Below, piece by piece: positions 25,233 through 36,400 of a stretch of DNA of 64,000 nucleotides. The translations under genes and the position numbers were made by a program. Every line of letters begins with the position of its first letter. The stretch's first letter is position 1. The notes under the pieces were generated by a model that was given only the letters and a program-made list of their open reading frames with translations, made no database searches and had not been told where the DNA came from. The stretch spans positions 11,495-75,494 of the forward strand of contig CAIWAD010000172.1 in assembly GCA_903910645.1 (NCBI GenBank), given 5' to 3'. The DNA comes from an uncultured bacterium (GTDB taxonomy: Bacteria; CAIWAD01).

Positions 25233-25967
25233 TCAGCGCGGCGGAGTCCAGCCTTCCACATGGCGATCCGTGCCCTGTTTGTAGCCTTTGAAGCCCCACG
25301 AAGCCAGCCGATCGATGAGTGGATCACTCCATCCATTCAAAAATGCGTAAGAAACATTGTCTTCGCGGTGGTGGCGCAAGTGGCGCGCCTTGTCCAGCAA
25401 AAGGCCCATGCGGCCCAGTTTGCGCAACAAGCGGCCATCGCGATTGTGGCACAGGAAGTGGGAGAGTTCCGCCACGCTGGAGAGAATGGCGCTGAGCGCC
25501 ACCACGCGCAGCAGGGGCGCTGGCAGGGTGAACCATTTGTCCATCAACAGGAAAATCAAGATCACGGGTGGCAGCCAAAGCTTGAATCCGCTTTCGTGCA
25601 CATAAACACGCCACAGCGGCTTCTCCTCGTAGCGCAGACGGGCGTGGTGCAGGTGGAAAGCCGCCACCAAGGGGCCGGTCCAGCCGCCGTAGCGGGAGTT
25701 GTGGTCCATCCACAGGTGCACCAGGCCGTTCACCAGATCCGCCAGGAAAAGGGCCAAAGGCACGCAGACAACGCCCATTGCCCATCCGGTGGGGCGCTGA
25801 AGACTTGCATGCAGCAGCATGGCCTGCCCCGCCAGCACCAGCATGGAAGTGGCCCGCCCCAGCCAGCGGTAGCCCGCCTCCTGGTGGTAACGGTCCAGCG
25901 CCCGGTGGCAGGCCTGTCGACCTTCGTCCTGCCGAAGTGGATGCTTGTTGAGCATGTCCATGTCCAT
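25233..25967 (-). CDS. membrane lipid desaturase of the CarF/FAD4/TMEM189 type
   Basis: Internal ATG of ORF 25233..26306. It is polytopic with histidine boxes HLWMDH, HLHHARL, HFLCHN and HLRHHRED. Confidence 0.65.
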   Translation of the reverse strand: MDMDMLNKHPLRQDEGRQACHRALDRYHQEAGYRWLGRATSMLVLAGQAMLLHASLQRPTGWAMGVVCVPLALFLADLVNGLVHLWMDHNSRYGGWTGPLVAAFHLHHARLRYEEKPLWRVYVHESGFKLWLPPVILIFLLMDKWFTLPAPLLRVVALSAILSSVAELSHFLCHNRDGRLLRKLGRMGLLLDKARHLRHHREDNVSYAFLNGWSDPLIDRLASWGFKGYKQGTDRHVEGWTPPR

Positions 25968-26124
25968 GGATATGGCAAAGCTCCCGCCCTCATGCCAAGC
26001 GGGGCGCTGTGTCGCTGGAAAGGGCCGGAGGCAATTCGCTACTCTGGCCGCCGCATCAGCACCATCCCCAAGGAGACCACATGCCATCCCTCCCCTCCGT
26101 TTCCGGGCAGGAAGGCCGGGGCGC

Positions 26125-27030
26125 ATGAGCGCGGATCGACACCACTTGAAGCGCTTTGCCTGGTTGTCCATTGCGGCGGCCCTGGCCACCATTGCCATCA
26201 AGAGCCTTGCCTGGTGGCTGACAGGCTCGGTGGGTCTGCTTTCCGATGCGCTGGAGTCCCTGGTGAACCTGGCGGGGGCCGTGTTCGCGCTGATCATGCT
26301 GGGCATTGCCGCACTGCCGCCGGACGAGCATCACGACTACGGCCATAGCAAGGCCGAGTACTTCGCCAGTGGCATGGAGGGCCTGCTCATTGTGGGCGCC
26401 GCCCTGGCCATTGGCGTTACCGCGGTGCAGCGCCTGCTGGATCCCCATCCCCTGGAGCAGGTGGGTCTGGGATTGGTGGTGTCCGCCGGCGCCAGCCTGA
26501 TCAACCTGGTGGTGGCGCGCGTGCTGTTGCGCGCCGGGCGGGAGCACCGCAGCATTACCCTGGAGGCCGATGGCAAGCACCTCATGACCGATGTGTGGAC
26601 CAGCGCCGGCGTAATGGTGGGAGTGGGCGCCGTGGCCCTTACCGGCTGGCAGCTGCTGGATCCTGTGCTGGCCTTGCTGGTGGCGGCCAACATCCTGTGG
26701 ACAGGCTACAAGCTGCTGCACACCTCCGCGCTGGGCTTGATGGATGGCGTCATTCCGCTTGAAGAGCGCCAGCGGGTGCTGGATGTGCTGGCGCGCTACG
26801 AGGCCCAGGGCTTCCAGTTCCACGCCCTGCTCACCCGCCAGGCGGCCGGACGCCGTTTCATCAGCGTGCATGTGCTGGTGCCCGGCGACTGGACCGTCAC
26901 CCGCGGCCACCAGCTGGTGGAGGAAATTGAAGGGGAAATCCGCACCGTGTTGCTGGGCTCCACGGTCTTCACCCACCTGGAGGCGCTGGACGATCCCGCC
27001 TCCTTCAACGACCAGCAGCTGGATCGCTGA
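26125..27030 (+). CDS. cation diffusion facilitator family transporter
   Basis: Internal ATG of ORF 25945..27030. The sequence [36 protein letters not shown]...[11 protein letters not shown]...[14 protein letters not shown] is CDF-like, with a C-terminal cytoplasmic domain. Confidence 0.9.
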   Translation: MSADRHHLKRFAWLSIAAALATIAIKSLAWWLTGSVGLLSDALESLVNLAGAVFALIMLGIAALPPDEHHDYGHSKAEYFASGMEGLLIVGAALAIGVTAVQRLLDPHPLEQVGLGLVVSAGASLINLVVARVLLRAGREHRSITLEADGKHLMTDVWTSAGVMVGVGAVALTGWQLLDPVLALLVAANILWTGYKLLHTSALGLMDGVIPLEERQRVLDVLARYEAQGFQFHALLTRQAAGRRFISVHVLVPGDWTVTRGHQLVEEIEGEIRTVLLGSTVFTHLEALDDPASFNDQQLDR

Positions 27031-27046
27031 ACCAGGAGCCCGCCCC

Positions 27047-27775
27047 ATGACCCTTGTCCGCCGCCTTCTGCCCACGCTGCTGGCCTGCGGCCTGTTGGGC
27101 GCCCTTTCCTGCGACAAAGAGGAAGAGAATCCACCGCCGCCCGCCCTGCGCGGCCGCGTGCTCAATGCCGCCGGCCAACCCGTGGAAGGCCTGGCCGTGG
27201 TGGCGGAATTGGCCCTGCCCTATCCTTCCGCGGCGGGCGACACCCTCATCTCGGGCGCCATGGGCGGCACATCGGCGCTTATCAGCTTCACCCTGCCCGA
27301 AGCGGCGTGGATTGCCCTGACCGTGCACGATCTGCAAAGCGGTGGCGTGCTGGACACGCTGGCCAAGGGCGCCCGCCCCGCCGGCAATCACGCGGTGGAA
27401 TGGGACATGCGCGACCACGAGGGCCTGCTCCTGCCCACCGATCTATATCCCATCCGCCTGGCGGCCAATGGACAGGAACTGGGCTATCTGGCCCTGGTGA
27501 ATCCGGACCATGGCGCCGCGCCGCTGCCCTGGCATCGCCAGGCCACCACCGATGCCGATGGCTTCTTCCAGTTGGAGCGGGACCAGCTGCCCTTCCGCCA
27601 CGACTTTGTCTACACCCTGGTGGACGAGGAGGGCACCGGCCTTGGCTCCTACGAACTGGAGCCCACGGTGCGCGTGCAGGTGGCGGGATCCGCAGGCTGG
27701 CTGGCGACCAGCGCGGTGGTGGAGATTCCGGCGGATTCGGCGGCGGTGGTGGACATCACGCTGCCGGAGGATTGA
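27047..27775 (+). CDS. lipoprotein with Ig-like (FlgD-Ig/CarboxypepD_reg-like) segments, hypothetical
   Basis: Internal ATG of ORF 26744..27775. The lipobox-like signal is MTLVRRLLPTLLACGLLGALSC. LRGRVLNAAGQPVEGLAVV and AGNHAVEWDMRDHEGLLLPTDLYPIRL are present. Confidence 0.7.
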   Translation: MTLVRRLLPTLLACGLLGALSCDKEEENPPPPALRGRVLNAAGQPVEGLAVVAELALPYPSAAGDTLISGAMGGTSALISFTLPEAAWIALTVHDLQSGGVLDTLAKGARPAGNHAVEWDMRDHEGLLLPTDLYPIRLAANGQELGYLALVNPDHGAAPLPWHRQATTDADGFFQLERDQLPFRHDFVYTLVDEEGTGLGSYELEPTVRVQVAGSAGWLATSAVVEIPADSAAVVDITLPED

Positions 27776-27835
27776 GTCCAGGGAGTCCCTGGAGCCACTT
27801 CGCGCCTTACTTCATCAATGTGAAGCTGAAAAGGC

Positions 27836-28420
27836 TCAGCCTCCCGGCTGCCACAGGCGCTCCCCTGCGGGACCGGCGGCGGCGCGGGCCATGACGAAGA
27901 GCAGATCGGAGAGGCGGTTTAGGAAGATTCCCACCCGGGGATTGATGGCTTCCACGCCTTCCACATCCTGCAGACGCAAAAAAGCGCGTTCCACCCGGCG
28001 GCACACCGTGCGGGCATGGTGCAACTGGCAGGTGGCCGGCGAGCCCGCGGGCAGCACAAAACTTTCCAGCGGCGTGAGGCGCCCGTTCCACTGGGCCACC
28101 CATTCCTCCAGGCGCAGCACATAATCCTCGGGAATGCGCAGGCGTTCACCCGCCGCGCCGGGCACGCACAAATCCGCTCCCACATCGAAGAGCTGGTTCT
28201 GCAAATGGCCAAGCTGGGTCAGCAGGTCCTGACCAACGGAAGCCTCCAGCTGGCCATCGCGCTCCAGCTCCATGCGCGCCAGGCCCAGCACGGCGTTCAG
28301 CTCGTCCACTTCACCATAGGCCTCCACCCGGGCGTGCTGCTTGGGCACGCGACGGCCGTCTCCCAGGCTGGTAAGGCCGCCATCGCCGCCCTTGGTGGTG
28401 ATGCGTGTCAGCAGAACCAT
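27836..28420 (-). CDS. cob(I)yrinic acid a,c-diamide adenosyltransferase, PduO type
   Basis: Internal ATG of ORF 27836..28624. The sequence ITTKGGDGGLTSLGDGRRVPKQHARVEAYGEVDELNAVLG...FVLPAGSPA...LHHARTVCRRVER is PduO-type. Confidence 0.88.
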   Translation of the reverse strand: MVLLTRITTKGGDGGLTSLGDGRRVPKQHARVEAYGEVDELNAVLGLARMELERDGQLEASVGQDLLTQLGHLQNQLFDVGADLCVPGAAGERLRIPEDYVLRLEEWVAQWNGRLTPLESFVLPAGSPATCQLHHARTVCRRVERAFLRLQDVEGVEAINPRVGIFLNRLSDLLFVMARAAAGPAGERLWQPGG

Positions 28421-28451
28421 GGCAGTGCCTTCCTTTTGCCGCGTGCAGGGC

Positions 28452-31400
28452 TCACTTGAGCAACAGCGCCTTTTCCGTGATGCGCCCGGAGGCCTGCGCC
28501 GTGCGCCATTCCCCGTGCACGAAGTAGAGGCCGCTGGCCAGACCACCGCCGTCGATGCGCGCCTCCAGTACACCGTCCGGTCGGCGCTCCCATGCCTGTT
28601 CACGCAGGGTCTGTCCCAGCACATTCACCAGTTGCCAACGCAGCTCCGCCATGGGCGGGGCCTGCAGGCGCAAGCGCGTCACCGGGTTGAATGGATTGGG
28701 ATGCAGGCTGAGCAGTGCGGGGCTGGCAGGACCATCTTCCGGCTGCAGGGCGTTCTCCTCCGCCAGACAGGTGAAGAGCAGGGAACAGCCGTCCGTGATG
28801 GGCTGGGCCGCCGGCGCCCACTGGTTGTTGAAGGCGTAGGGCAGGCCGCCGCGCTCGTCCGGGCTTTCCAGTCCAATGGTGACTCCATTGTCCCCATTGC
28901 TGGTGGTGATGTCGTGCAAGTGCAGCAGGATGTCGCCGTTCCCCGTGGCCGTGGGCCACACGGCGGGGTCCCGCAGGATGAGCTGCACATCCACATTGTT
29001 GGCGGTGCCAATGGGGCGGAAGTGGTTCCACTCCACGACGAACAGGCCCACGGCGGGGCGGGATTCCATGTAGAGGTGCCCAAAGGCCTGGGAACCGCCG
29101 GAGGAGTTGATTAGGTCCGTCCAGTAGGCGGCGATCATGGCGTTGGGGCCCTGGGCGGCGGGAATGGGCGTGTTCAAGGCCGTGAAGACATCGGGCTGGG
29201 CGCCAAAGGCCAACCAGCCATTGCTGCACAAAGTGACCTGGGTGTAGTCCTGGCCGTAGTAGCGGAATGTGAAGGGCAGGTCCACCACGCGGGAGACGCC
29301 GTCCGGGTTGTCCCCCCAGCTGTCCAGCCAGTCCATCACCACCACTTCCTCACCAGAATCGGCAATGCTGTCCCATGTGTGGGCGGGGGCAAGGTCGTGC
29401 TCATCGGCGCTGTGGATGGCAATGTAGCCCGCGCTGTCGGGGCCAAGCGGATCCTCCAGGGCGGCGGCGCCCAGCGGCGCGCTGATATGGGACAGTCCTG
29501 TGAAGAGCGCATCCCCTGCAATGCCGCTGCCCAGCTCGAACACGGCCAGGCTGCCCGGCTGCACATGGGCGTCCACGGCCACGCGGAAACCCTCCACCCA
29601 CACGCTGCTGTCCGGGGGCACCGGCGCCCAGAGACCTTCGCCCTCCACCACCGACACGCCACTGTGCAGACTGCCCAGACGGAACCACAGACTGTCCGCC
29701 ACCGGCAGGCCACGCGCCTGCACCTGGAAGCGCAAGCTGCTCTCCGTGCCCGGCTGCAGGGCGCCATCCACGGCTTCCACCGCCAACAGGGCCAGATCCG
29801 CCATGTCCACCTTCACCAGGATGCGTCCCAGCACCTGGCCATCCACCAGCAGATCCAATGGAAGGTCTTCTCCATAGAGCTGCTGGTTGTCCAGGCGGAA
29901 GGCCAGTCCCTGGGCGGCCTCCACCACTTCTCCGGGCAGGGTGGCGGGAAGCTCCACCGTGCTCCCCGTGATGTCAAGTCCGCCCAGGGGCGCCGCCAGA
30001 CTCAACTGGCGCGTGCCGGCGAACCCTGCGGTGCCGTCTTCGCGCAAGTGCACATGAAGGTCAAAGGACTCACCGGGGCTGATCAGGCTGTCCGCCACTT
30101 CCTCCGACAAACTCCACTGGGCCAGGTTCAGCACGCTGGCCCGGGCGGTGGAGGGCAAAGTGGCCAGCACGGGCATCAGGTCCTGGCCCCACAGCGTCAG
30201 ATCCCAATCCCCGGCGGGAAGACCGTTCTCCATGGAGTCAAAGGTGAAACGCAGGCGTCCTTCACCTTCCTGATGGGCCAGGATGCTCAGATCCTGCCCT
30301 TGCAGATACAGGGAGCCCTTCAAGCCATCCAGTGCCAGGCCATCCTCCACCTGCACCACCAGGTCCAGTGTCATGCTTCCGGCCGCCAGCGTGTCGGGCA
30401 GCTGGCAGATGAGGCGTCGAGGCGGCGCCGTGCGCAAGTGCAGGCCCGGGTCTCCCTGAAGGTTGTAGGCATGGAAATAGAAGGGCACGGAGTAGCCGGT
30501 CTGCCCCCAGTTGCGGGCGTTGGGATAATCCAGCCACAGGCCCGTCTTCCCCGCCACCATCAGGCTGCCCAGGCTGCGCAGTCCGCCACGCACCAGGCCG
30601 TGGTAGATGTTCTCGTCAATGCAGTTGTTCCACTCCGTGTGGGTGTCCTCCTCCGATGGCCCCATGAAGGCAATGGCCCCGGTGGGCTCGGCGGGGTTGC
30701 TGCCCGCGCGCATCCAGGCCTCGCCGAAGGAGGGGTCGTCGTCAATGGAGGCGAAGTCGCCGCCGCCGCACACGATGCTGGTGACAAATGGCCAGCGTCC
30801 CACATTGGTGAGGGCGTTCACATGTTCCACGCCGAACATGGGTCCATACCACTGGGTGCGGAAGCCGTAGCCCCGGTAATTCACCAGACCCACACCGCTG
30901 TTCACCCGCTGGCGCACCACCTCCGGCGACACGGGATTGTCCCAGTAACGGTTGTGCACCGTGTCCACCCGCGTGTAGTTCAGCCCCTGCATGAGCAGGT
31001 CGCGGATGGCCAGCTTGGTCTCCCGGCGGCTGGGACCACCCATGGTCTCGTAAATCATCAGGCCGCTCTGGAACCACTGGGTGCCCAGTCCCGTGTAGGG
31101 CGCGGCATCGTAGTCCACATTCTTGCGCACAATTTTCGCCAGGTCGTTGGCCGTGTCCACGCTCCAGCGGCCCACCAGGAGATCGGGGAAGTAATCGTCC
31201 CCCTCCTGCAGACTGAAGGGATGGTCCGTCACAATGCAGTAGCTGCTGCCGCAGCGGCCACCCCAGCCACTCTCCGCGTACTGGCCACCCTGGGTGAAGT
31301 CACCCATGAGATTGTAGTCCAGCTCCGTGCCGGAGGGATAGCGATCCACATCGCCCACCAGCAGCAGGTATTGGAAGGGCGAGGCGGTGAACTCCGCCGC

Positions 31401-32291
31401 AATGGCGCTGCGCAGCTGGGCCGTGGTGGCGTCCTGCCCACCGGCCTGGCTTTCCAGCAGCACGCGCACCTCGTGTCCCAAACGACGTTTCCAGTGGATC
31501 CACTCGCCCATGGCGGGCAAGGCGGCATCGGGCACCACCACCAGATAGCTTCCCGCCGGTCCCTCCTCCACTGTGCGATCCTCCAGCGCCAGCCAGGGAC
31601 TCTGGCTGTTCAGTGCGCGGTGCTTCACCATGGCCAGGGCTTCCCCATCCAGCACGCGGGGAAGTGGGGCAGGGAGGGTTCCATGTTGCCAGGTCAGGCG
31701 CAAGGTGGCCCGACGCAAAAATTCCACGCGCTGCTCCAGCGGGTGCCAGCGCAGGGGCTGAAGGTCAAGGGATTGCACGCGGTGGCCCATCCACAGCACG
31801 CTGGCACATTCCCCCAGCCAGGCGCCGGGCCAATCTTCCGTGGTTGAGAATGCGTCAGAAGGCTGGGCGGCACGGTTGCCGGAGTCCGGACGGTCGGAGG
31901 CGGGCCAGGGGCGCGGCGCGAGTCCGGCCAAATGGAAGCTCTCCACCTCCGCATCCACCAGCTCAATGCGCGCCGCCGCATCGCCGGGGGCGGCCAGGAG
32001 ACGACTGATCAGGGGCAGGGAAGGATCGCCGGGACCGCCCGCCTGGCCTTCACCCGGCAAGGTCAGAAGCAATCCATCCGGCGTGGCCACTTGGTCCACA
32101 CCGTTCATTTCCCAGTGCAGCGTGAGGCCCGTGGCGTCCTCGTCAAGCACTTCCAGCCGGTTGGCGGGAGCCTGGGCATTCCTTTCACCCAGGCGCTCCA
32201 ATGCCATGGACATGCCAGGCAAGAGCAGCATCAGGGCCAGGCAGCTCAGCAGGTGGCCCAAGGGCCGGAAGCTGTGGGTTGAGGGGGACAT
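28452..32291 (-). CDS. gingipain-like (peptidase C25 fold) giant secreted protein with a Por/T9SS-type C-terminal tail; catalytic His position substituted
   Basis: Internal ATG of ORF 28452..32444, with a signal peptide. It aligns by eye to RgpB: YLLLVGDVDRYP, LLVGRWSV, VNYRGYG (Tyr at 30867-30869 where the catalytic His is expected) and TSIVCGGGDF (Cys at 30768-30770). The C-terminus is LHPNPFNPVTRLRL...SGLYFV...ALLLK. Confidence 0.85.
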   Translation of the reverse strand: MSPSTHSFRPLGHLLSCLALMLLLPGMSMALERLGERNAQAPANRLEVLDEDATGLTLHWEMNGVDQVATPDGLLLTLPGEGQAGGPGDPSLPLISRLLAAPGDAAARIELVDAEVESFHLAGLAPRPWPASDRPDSGNRAAQPSDAFSTTEDWPGAWLGECASVLWMGHRVQSLDLQPLRWHPLEQRVEFLRRATLRLTWQHGTLPAPLPRVLDGEALAMVKHRALNSQSPWLALEDRTVEEGPAGSYLVVVPDAALPAMGEWIHWKRRLGHEVRVLLESQAGGQDATTAQLRSAIAAEFTASPFQYLLLVGDVDRYPSGTELDYNLMGDFTQGGQYAESGWGGRCGSSYCIVTDHPFSLQEGDDYFPDLLVGRWSVDTANDLAKIVRKNVDYDAAPYTGLGTQWFQSGLMIYETMGGPSRRETKLAIRDLLMQGLNYTRVDTVHNRYWDNPVSPEVVRQRVNSGVGLVNYRGYGFRTQWYGPMFGVEHVNALTNVGRWPFVTSIVCGGGDFASIDDDPSFGEAWMRAGSNPAEPTGAIAFMGPSEEDTHTEWNNCIDENIYHGLVRGGLRSLGSLMVAGKTGLWLDYPNARNWGQTGYSVPFYFHAYNLQGDPGLHLRTAPPRRLICQLPDTLAAGSMTLDLVVQVEDGLALDGLKGSLYLQGQDLSILAHQEGEGRLRFTFDSMENGLPAGDWDLTLWGQDLMPVLATLPSTARASVLNLAQWSLSEEVADSLISPGESFDLHVHLREDGTAGFAGTRQLSLAAPLGGLDITGSTVELPATLPGEVVEAAQGLAFRLDNQQLYGEDLPLDLLVDGQVLGRILVKVDMADLALLAVEAVDGALQPGTESSLRFQVQARGLPVADSLWFRLGSLHSGVSVVEGEGLWAPVPPDSSVWVEGFRVAVDAHVQPGSLAVFELGSGIAGDALFTGLSHISAPLGAAALEDPLGPDSAGYIAIHSADEHDLAPAHTWDSIADSGEEVVVMDWLDSWGDNPDGVSRVVDLPFTFRYYGQDYTQVTLCSNGWLAFGAQPDVFTALNTPIPAAQGPNAMIAAYWTDLINSSGGSQAFGHLYMESRPAVGLFVVEWNHFRPIGTANNVDVQLILRDPAVWPTATGNGDILLHLHDITTSNGDNGVTIGLESPDERGGLPYAFNNQWAPAAQPITDGCSLLFTCLAEENALQPEDGPASPALLSLHPNPFNPVTRLRLQAPPMAELRWQLVNVLGQTLREQAWERRPDGVLEARIDGGGLASGLYFVHGEWRTAQASGRITEKALLLK

Positions 32292-32450
32292 GGGCGTCCT
32301 TCCACTTGATTCAAGGCATGGGCGGTTAAGCAGTGCGCACCCGCAAAGGAAGGGCCCAAAATAATGGGACTGAAGCAGTGCGGAAATAACAAGTGAAGGA
32401 AAGCGCTCAGTCCTTGGGACGGGCCATTTCAGACAGGCTGTCAAGGGCTC

Positions 32451-33290
32451 CTAACATGCCGGCAACTTGTCCACCAGCACAAGGGGCGTGGACAGGAATG
32501 TGTGTTCGTGGCCGTCTTCGCCCTCATCCGTATGTCCATGTGACAAAAAGCGCGTGAGGACGAAGATGAGCGCCAGCCCCACAAGGATGGCCGCCAACTG
32601 GGCCGCGGAATCCCGTGCGCCGGGATTCTTGCGCAGCTCGGGGATAAGGTCGCTGCCGGCGATGTAGATGAACCCGCCCGCCGTCAGGGGCAGGATCTGC
32701 TCCTCAAGTCCAGCCACCTGAGGGCCCATCGTCAGGACCAGGACGGCGCCAAGCAATGCGAAAAGTGCGCTGGCGAAGTTGAGCATCAAGGCTTTCCGCA
32801 CCGGCAAGCCCCCCCACACCAGGGTGCCGAAATCGCCAATCTCCTGGGGAATCTCATGCACCAGCACGGCCACGGAAGTGGTGATGCCCGTGGGAATGTC
32901 CACCAGGAACGCGGCCCCGATGAGCACGCCATCGATGAAATTGTGCAGGCCGTCGCCCACAAAATTCATGAAAACCACCGGGTGCGGGTGGTCGCTTGAA
33001 GCTGGCACATGGCAATGCCGCCAGTGGATGAACTTCTCCAGCACAAAGAAAAGCAGCAAACCACCGAGAATCCACAGAGGGACTTGAGGCCCAAACCCTT
33101 GTTTCTCAAAGGCTTCAGGGATAAGATGAAAGAAGGTGCTGCCAAACAGGGTGCCCACCGACAGGCTAACCAGGACCAGCAGCAATCGCTTCAAGCGCCC
33201 CATGCCCAGACTTAGGGTGACAACGCCCACCAGCGAGACCAGACTGACCACCAGAACACTGCCTATTGCATACAGCCAAGTTTCCAACAT
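32451..33290 (-). CDS. ZIP family metal cation transporter
   Basis: ATG at 33290 within ORF 32451..33311. The motifs are GDGLHNFIDGVLIG and HEIPQEIGDFG. It has a His/acidic C-terminal tail SHGHTDEGEDGHEH. Confidence 0.88.
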   Translation of the reverse strand: MLETWLYAIGSVLVVSLVSLVGVVTLSLGMGRLKRLLLVLVSLSVGTLFGSTFFHLIPEAFEKQGFGPQVPLWILGGLLLFFVLEKFIHWRHCHVPASSDHPHPVVFMNFVGDGLHNFIDGVLIGAAFLVDIPTGITTSVAVLVHEIPQEIGDFGTLVWGGLPVRKALMLNFASALFALLGAVLVLTMGPQVAGLEEQILPLTAGGFIYIAGSDLIPELRKNPGARDSAAQLAAILVGLALIFVLTRFLSHGHTDEGEDGHEHTFLSTPLVLVDKLPAC

Positions 33291-33458
33291 GGGATTCCTT
33301 GTGAAGATCAAAACAGCTCTAAGATCATGGTACGATTCTTGCTTTCCCTTGCCAACTTCGTCATGTCACACGCTCGGGTCCGCCCGGGAAGCACACCGTA
33401 CCGTTCACACGCATTTCCTTCCGTCATGTCTGGCGGAAGCCCAGCGCCGGAGAGGATA

Positions 33459-36400
33459 ATGACTTTTCGTGCCTGTCAACGCCATGCCCGCGCCTTGTGG
33501 GTATTGCTGCCGGCCATTCTGCTGGTGGTATTCACCCAAGAGGTTCGGGCCGGCTTGCGCATGGAGGCCGTGGAAAGCAGCAGCGAGTCGATGATCCTGG
33601 AGGTGGATTTCCCCGCCTTGGAGATCAGCCGGGAACGCATGAACGATCAGGCCTGGGACGTGTTGTCCATGGAAGGCAGTGCCTTCATGGCCCAACCCGG
33701 CGCGCCGGATCTTCCCGCTTTCCACCGACTGCTTCGCCTGCCGGACCGCAGCGACCTGCAGATCACCGTGCTGGATGCGGACTTTGAGCCGCTGCACGGC
33801 CTGATCCCCGCCCCCAATCAGGAGCGGCTGCACACCATGGCGGAGCTTCCCCTCCCCTGGCTGGAAGACAAATCCATCTACCTCAACAACGCGGAGTATC
33901 CGGGCATCCTGTTTGAAAAGGATGAACCCGTGCTGCTGCGCGACGCCCGTGCCATGAAGGTTTCCTTCTACCCGGTGCAGGTGAATCCCGTGACGGGCGA
34001 AGGGCGCGTGTTGCGCCATTTGCGCGTGCGCGTGGACTTTGCCGGTGAGAACCTGGTGAATGCGGGAAGCGGCCCCCTGGCGGATCCCACGCCGGTGCTG
34101 CAAGGCCAGTTCACCTCGTGCATGGTGCATGGTGAAGCTTCCGAAAGCGGTGCCATGGAGACCGTGGGCTTCAATCCCGGCCGCCTGCCCGGCCACTACC
34201 TCATTTTCGCCAACACCCAGGCCCTGGGTGCAAGCGCCCTGCAGAACTACATCGAGTGGAAGCGTCGCCGCGGCCATAAGGTCACGGTGGTGAGCAGCAC
34301 GGATATCAGCTTCACCACAACGAACATCCGCAACCGCATCATCACCGAATACAACAGCGCCGACCCGGTGGACTTTGTGCTCCTGGTGGGCGACACGGAG
34401 GGCACCTACGCCCTGCCCAGCGACGGCACCAGCTACGACCACTTCTATTCGAAGATCGTGGGCAACGACATTCTGGGCGATGTGGCCGTGGGCCGCATGA
34501 GCTGCGACAACGCCACCCAGCTCACCACGGTGTGCAACAAGATCATCTCCTACGAGAGCATGCCCTACATGGACAACGACAACTGGCTCACCCGCGCCGG
34601 TTTCACCGTGGGCAGCAGCGCGTGCGCCCTGTCCATGAAAATCCTTAGCCGCAATGTGGCCGCTGAACTGGTGTCGCGTCGAGGCTACGATGACATTGAC
34701 ACCAACTTTTGCGTGGGTGCGGGCCATGTGGTGCAGTGGTTCAACGAAGGCCTGAGCTTCTACAACTACCGGGGTTGGATCGGCATGGAAGGCCTGGACG
34801 CCAACCAGATCCGCAACCTCACCCAGGGCCCGCGCACGCCGGTGGCCACCATTTTCACCTGTTCCACAGGCGACTTCAATGGCGGCGACGACTATACGGA
34901 AGCCTTCTTCGAGGCGGGCAACGCCGCCACGCCGGGCGGCGCCGTGGCCTGCATGGGCTTCGCCACCGCCAGCACCCACACGCGCTACAACAATGTGGTG
35001 GTGGGTGGTTATTACGGCGGCCTGCTGGAGCAGGATCTGCCCGAAGTAGGCGCCTGTCTGCTGCAGGGCAAGTATGAACTCTACCAGACCCTGCCGCCCA
35101 GCGATCAGGGTCAGGCCTCAAACTTCGCCAACTGGGGCAACCTCATGGGCGATCCGGGCACCAGCCAGTGGGTGGGCCTGCCTGCTCCCATGACCCTCCA
35201 GGGCGCACCCACCAGCCTGGGCACGGGCGCCGACCATCTGGCTCTCACGGTCTTGTCCAATGGTCAACCCGTGGCTGAGGCGGCGGTGTGCGTGTATCAG
35301 AACCAGGGTGGCGGCGTGCTCATGCAGCACACCCTGCTCAGTGACGCCGACGGCCAGGTGCTGCTGCCTCTGGACGGCCTGGTGTCCGGCACCCTGAAAC
35401 TCACGGCCACCCAGCGCCGCCATGTTCCGGTGTTGCTGGACATTCCTGTGGCCCAGCAGGGAAGTGATCTGGCGGTGTCCAATGTCCAGGTGGACGGCGG
35501 CAGCATTCTGCCCGGCGCAAGCAACCAGGCCGTCACCCTGACCCTGGAAAACACCGGCAGCGCATCCATCAGTGGCGTGATTTCCTTCACCATGGACGCT
35601 TCCTACGGCAACCTGGTGGCTCCCGATCAGACCCTGCCGGAGCTGGCCCCCGGCGCCACCACGGTGCTGGCCCCAGTGGCCATTAGCGCCCTGGGCACCC
35701 TGTCCGATGGCGATGAGCTGCCCTTGATGATCAATCTCAGCGGCGGCGCAAGCGTGGAGCGCATGGCCTGGCTGACGGTGGCAGCGCCCCAGCCCTCGCC
35801 CACCGGAACATCCACGCCGGGCGGCCCCCTGGTTCCCGGCCAGAGCCGCACCCTGCGCGTGAACCTGCAGAACCTGGGTTCGCGCACGGCGCAGAATCTT
35901 ATTGTCAGCCTTGCCAGCAACAACGCCTATTACGGCCAGGTTGCCAGCCCACCGCAGAGCGTGGGCAGTCTGGCGGCTGGTGCCAGCACCACGGCGGATT
36001 TCAGCGTGCTTATCAACACGCTGACCATGGTGGGCTACCAGCTTCCCCTGACCCTGTCCTGGACCACCAGCGACGGTGTGGAAGGGTCCAGCGAGCTGCT
36101 GGCCGTGGTGGGCACGCCCAGTGTGGGCGATCCCACGGGCCCCGATGGCTACGGCTATTGGGCGTTCGAGAGCACGGACACGAACTACGACCTGGCGCCC
36201 ACTTACGGATGGATTCCCGTCGCGCCCGCCGAAGGTGGCCAGGGCGTGGAATTGAACATCCAGGACAACGGCAACGAGCAGGATGACGGCGTGTGGGTTA
36301 CCCTGCCCTTCACCTTCACCTACTACGGCCGCAACTACACGCGCGCCATGGTCTGCTCCAACGGCTTCCTGGCTTTCGACGACGCGGGCTTCGGCGAGTA

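Noticed and set aside
25233-27030. Long N-terminal extensions of ORFs 25233..26306 and 25945..27030 that would overlap each other head-to-head
   Set aside because: The extensions are Arg/Ala/Pro-rich with no hydrophobic or family features. Internal ATGs at 25967 and 26125 give proteins of family-typical length and leave a 157-nt divergent promoter region.
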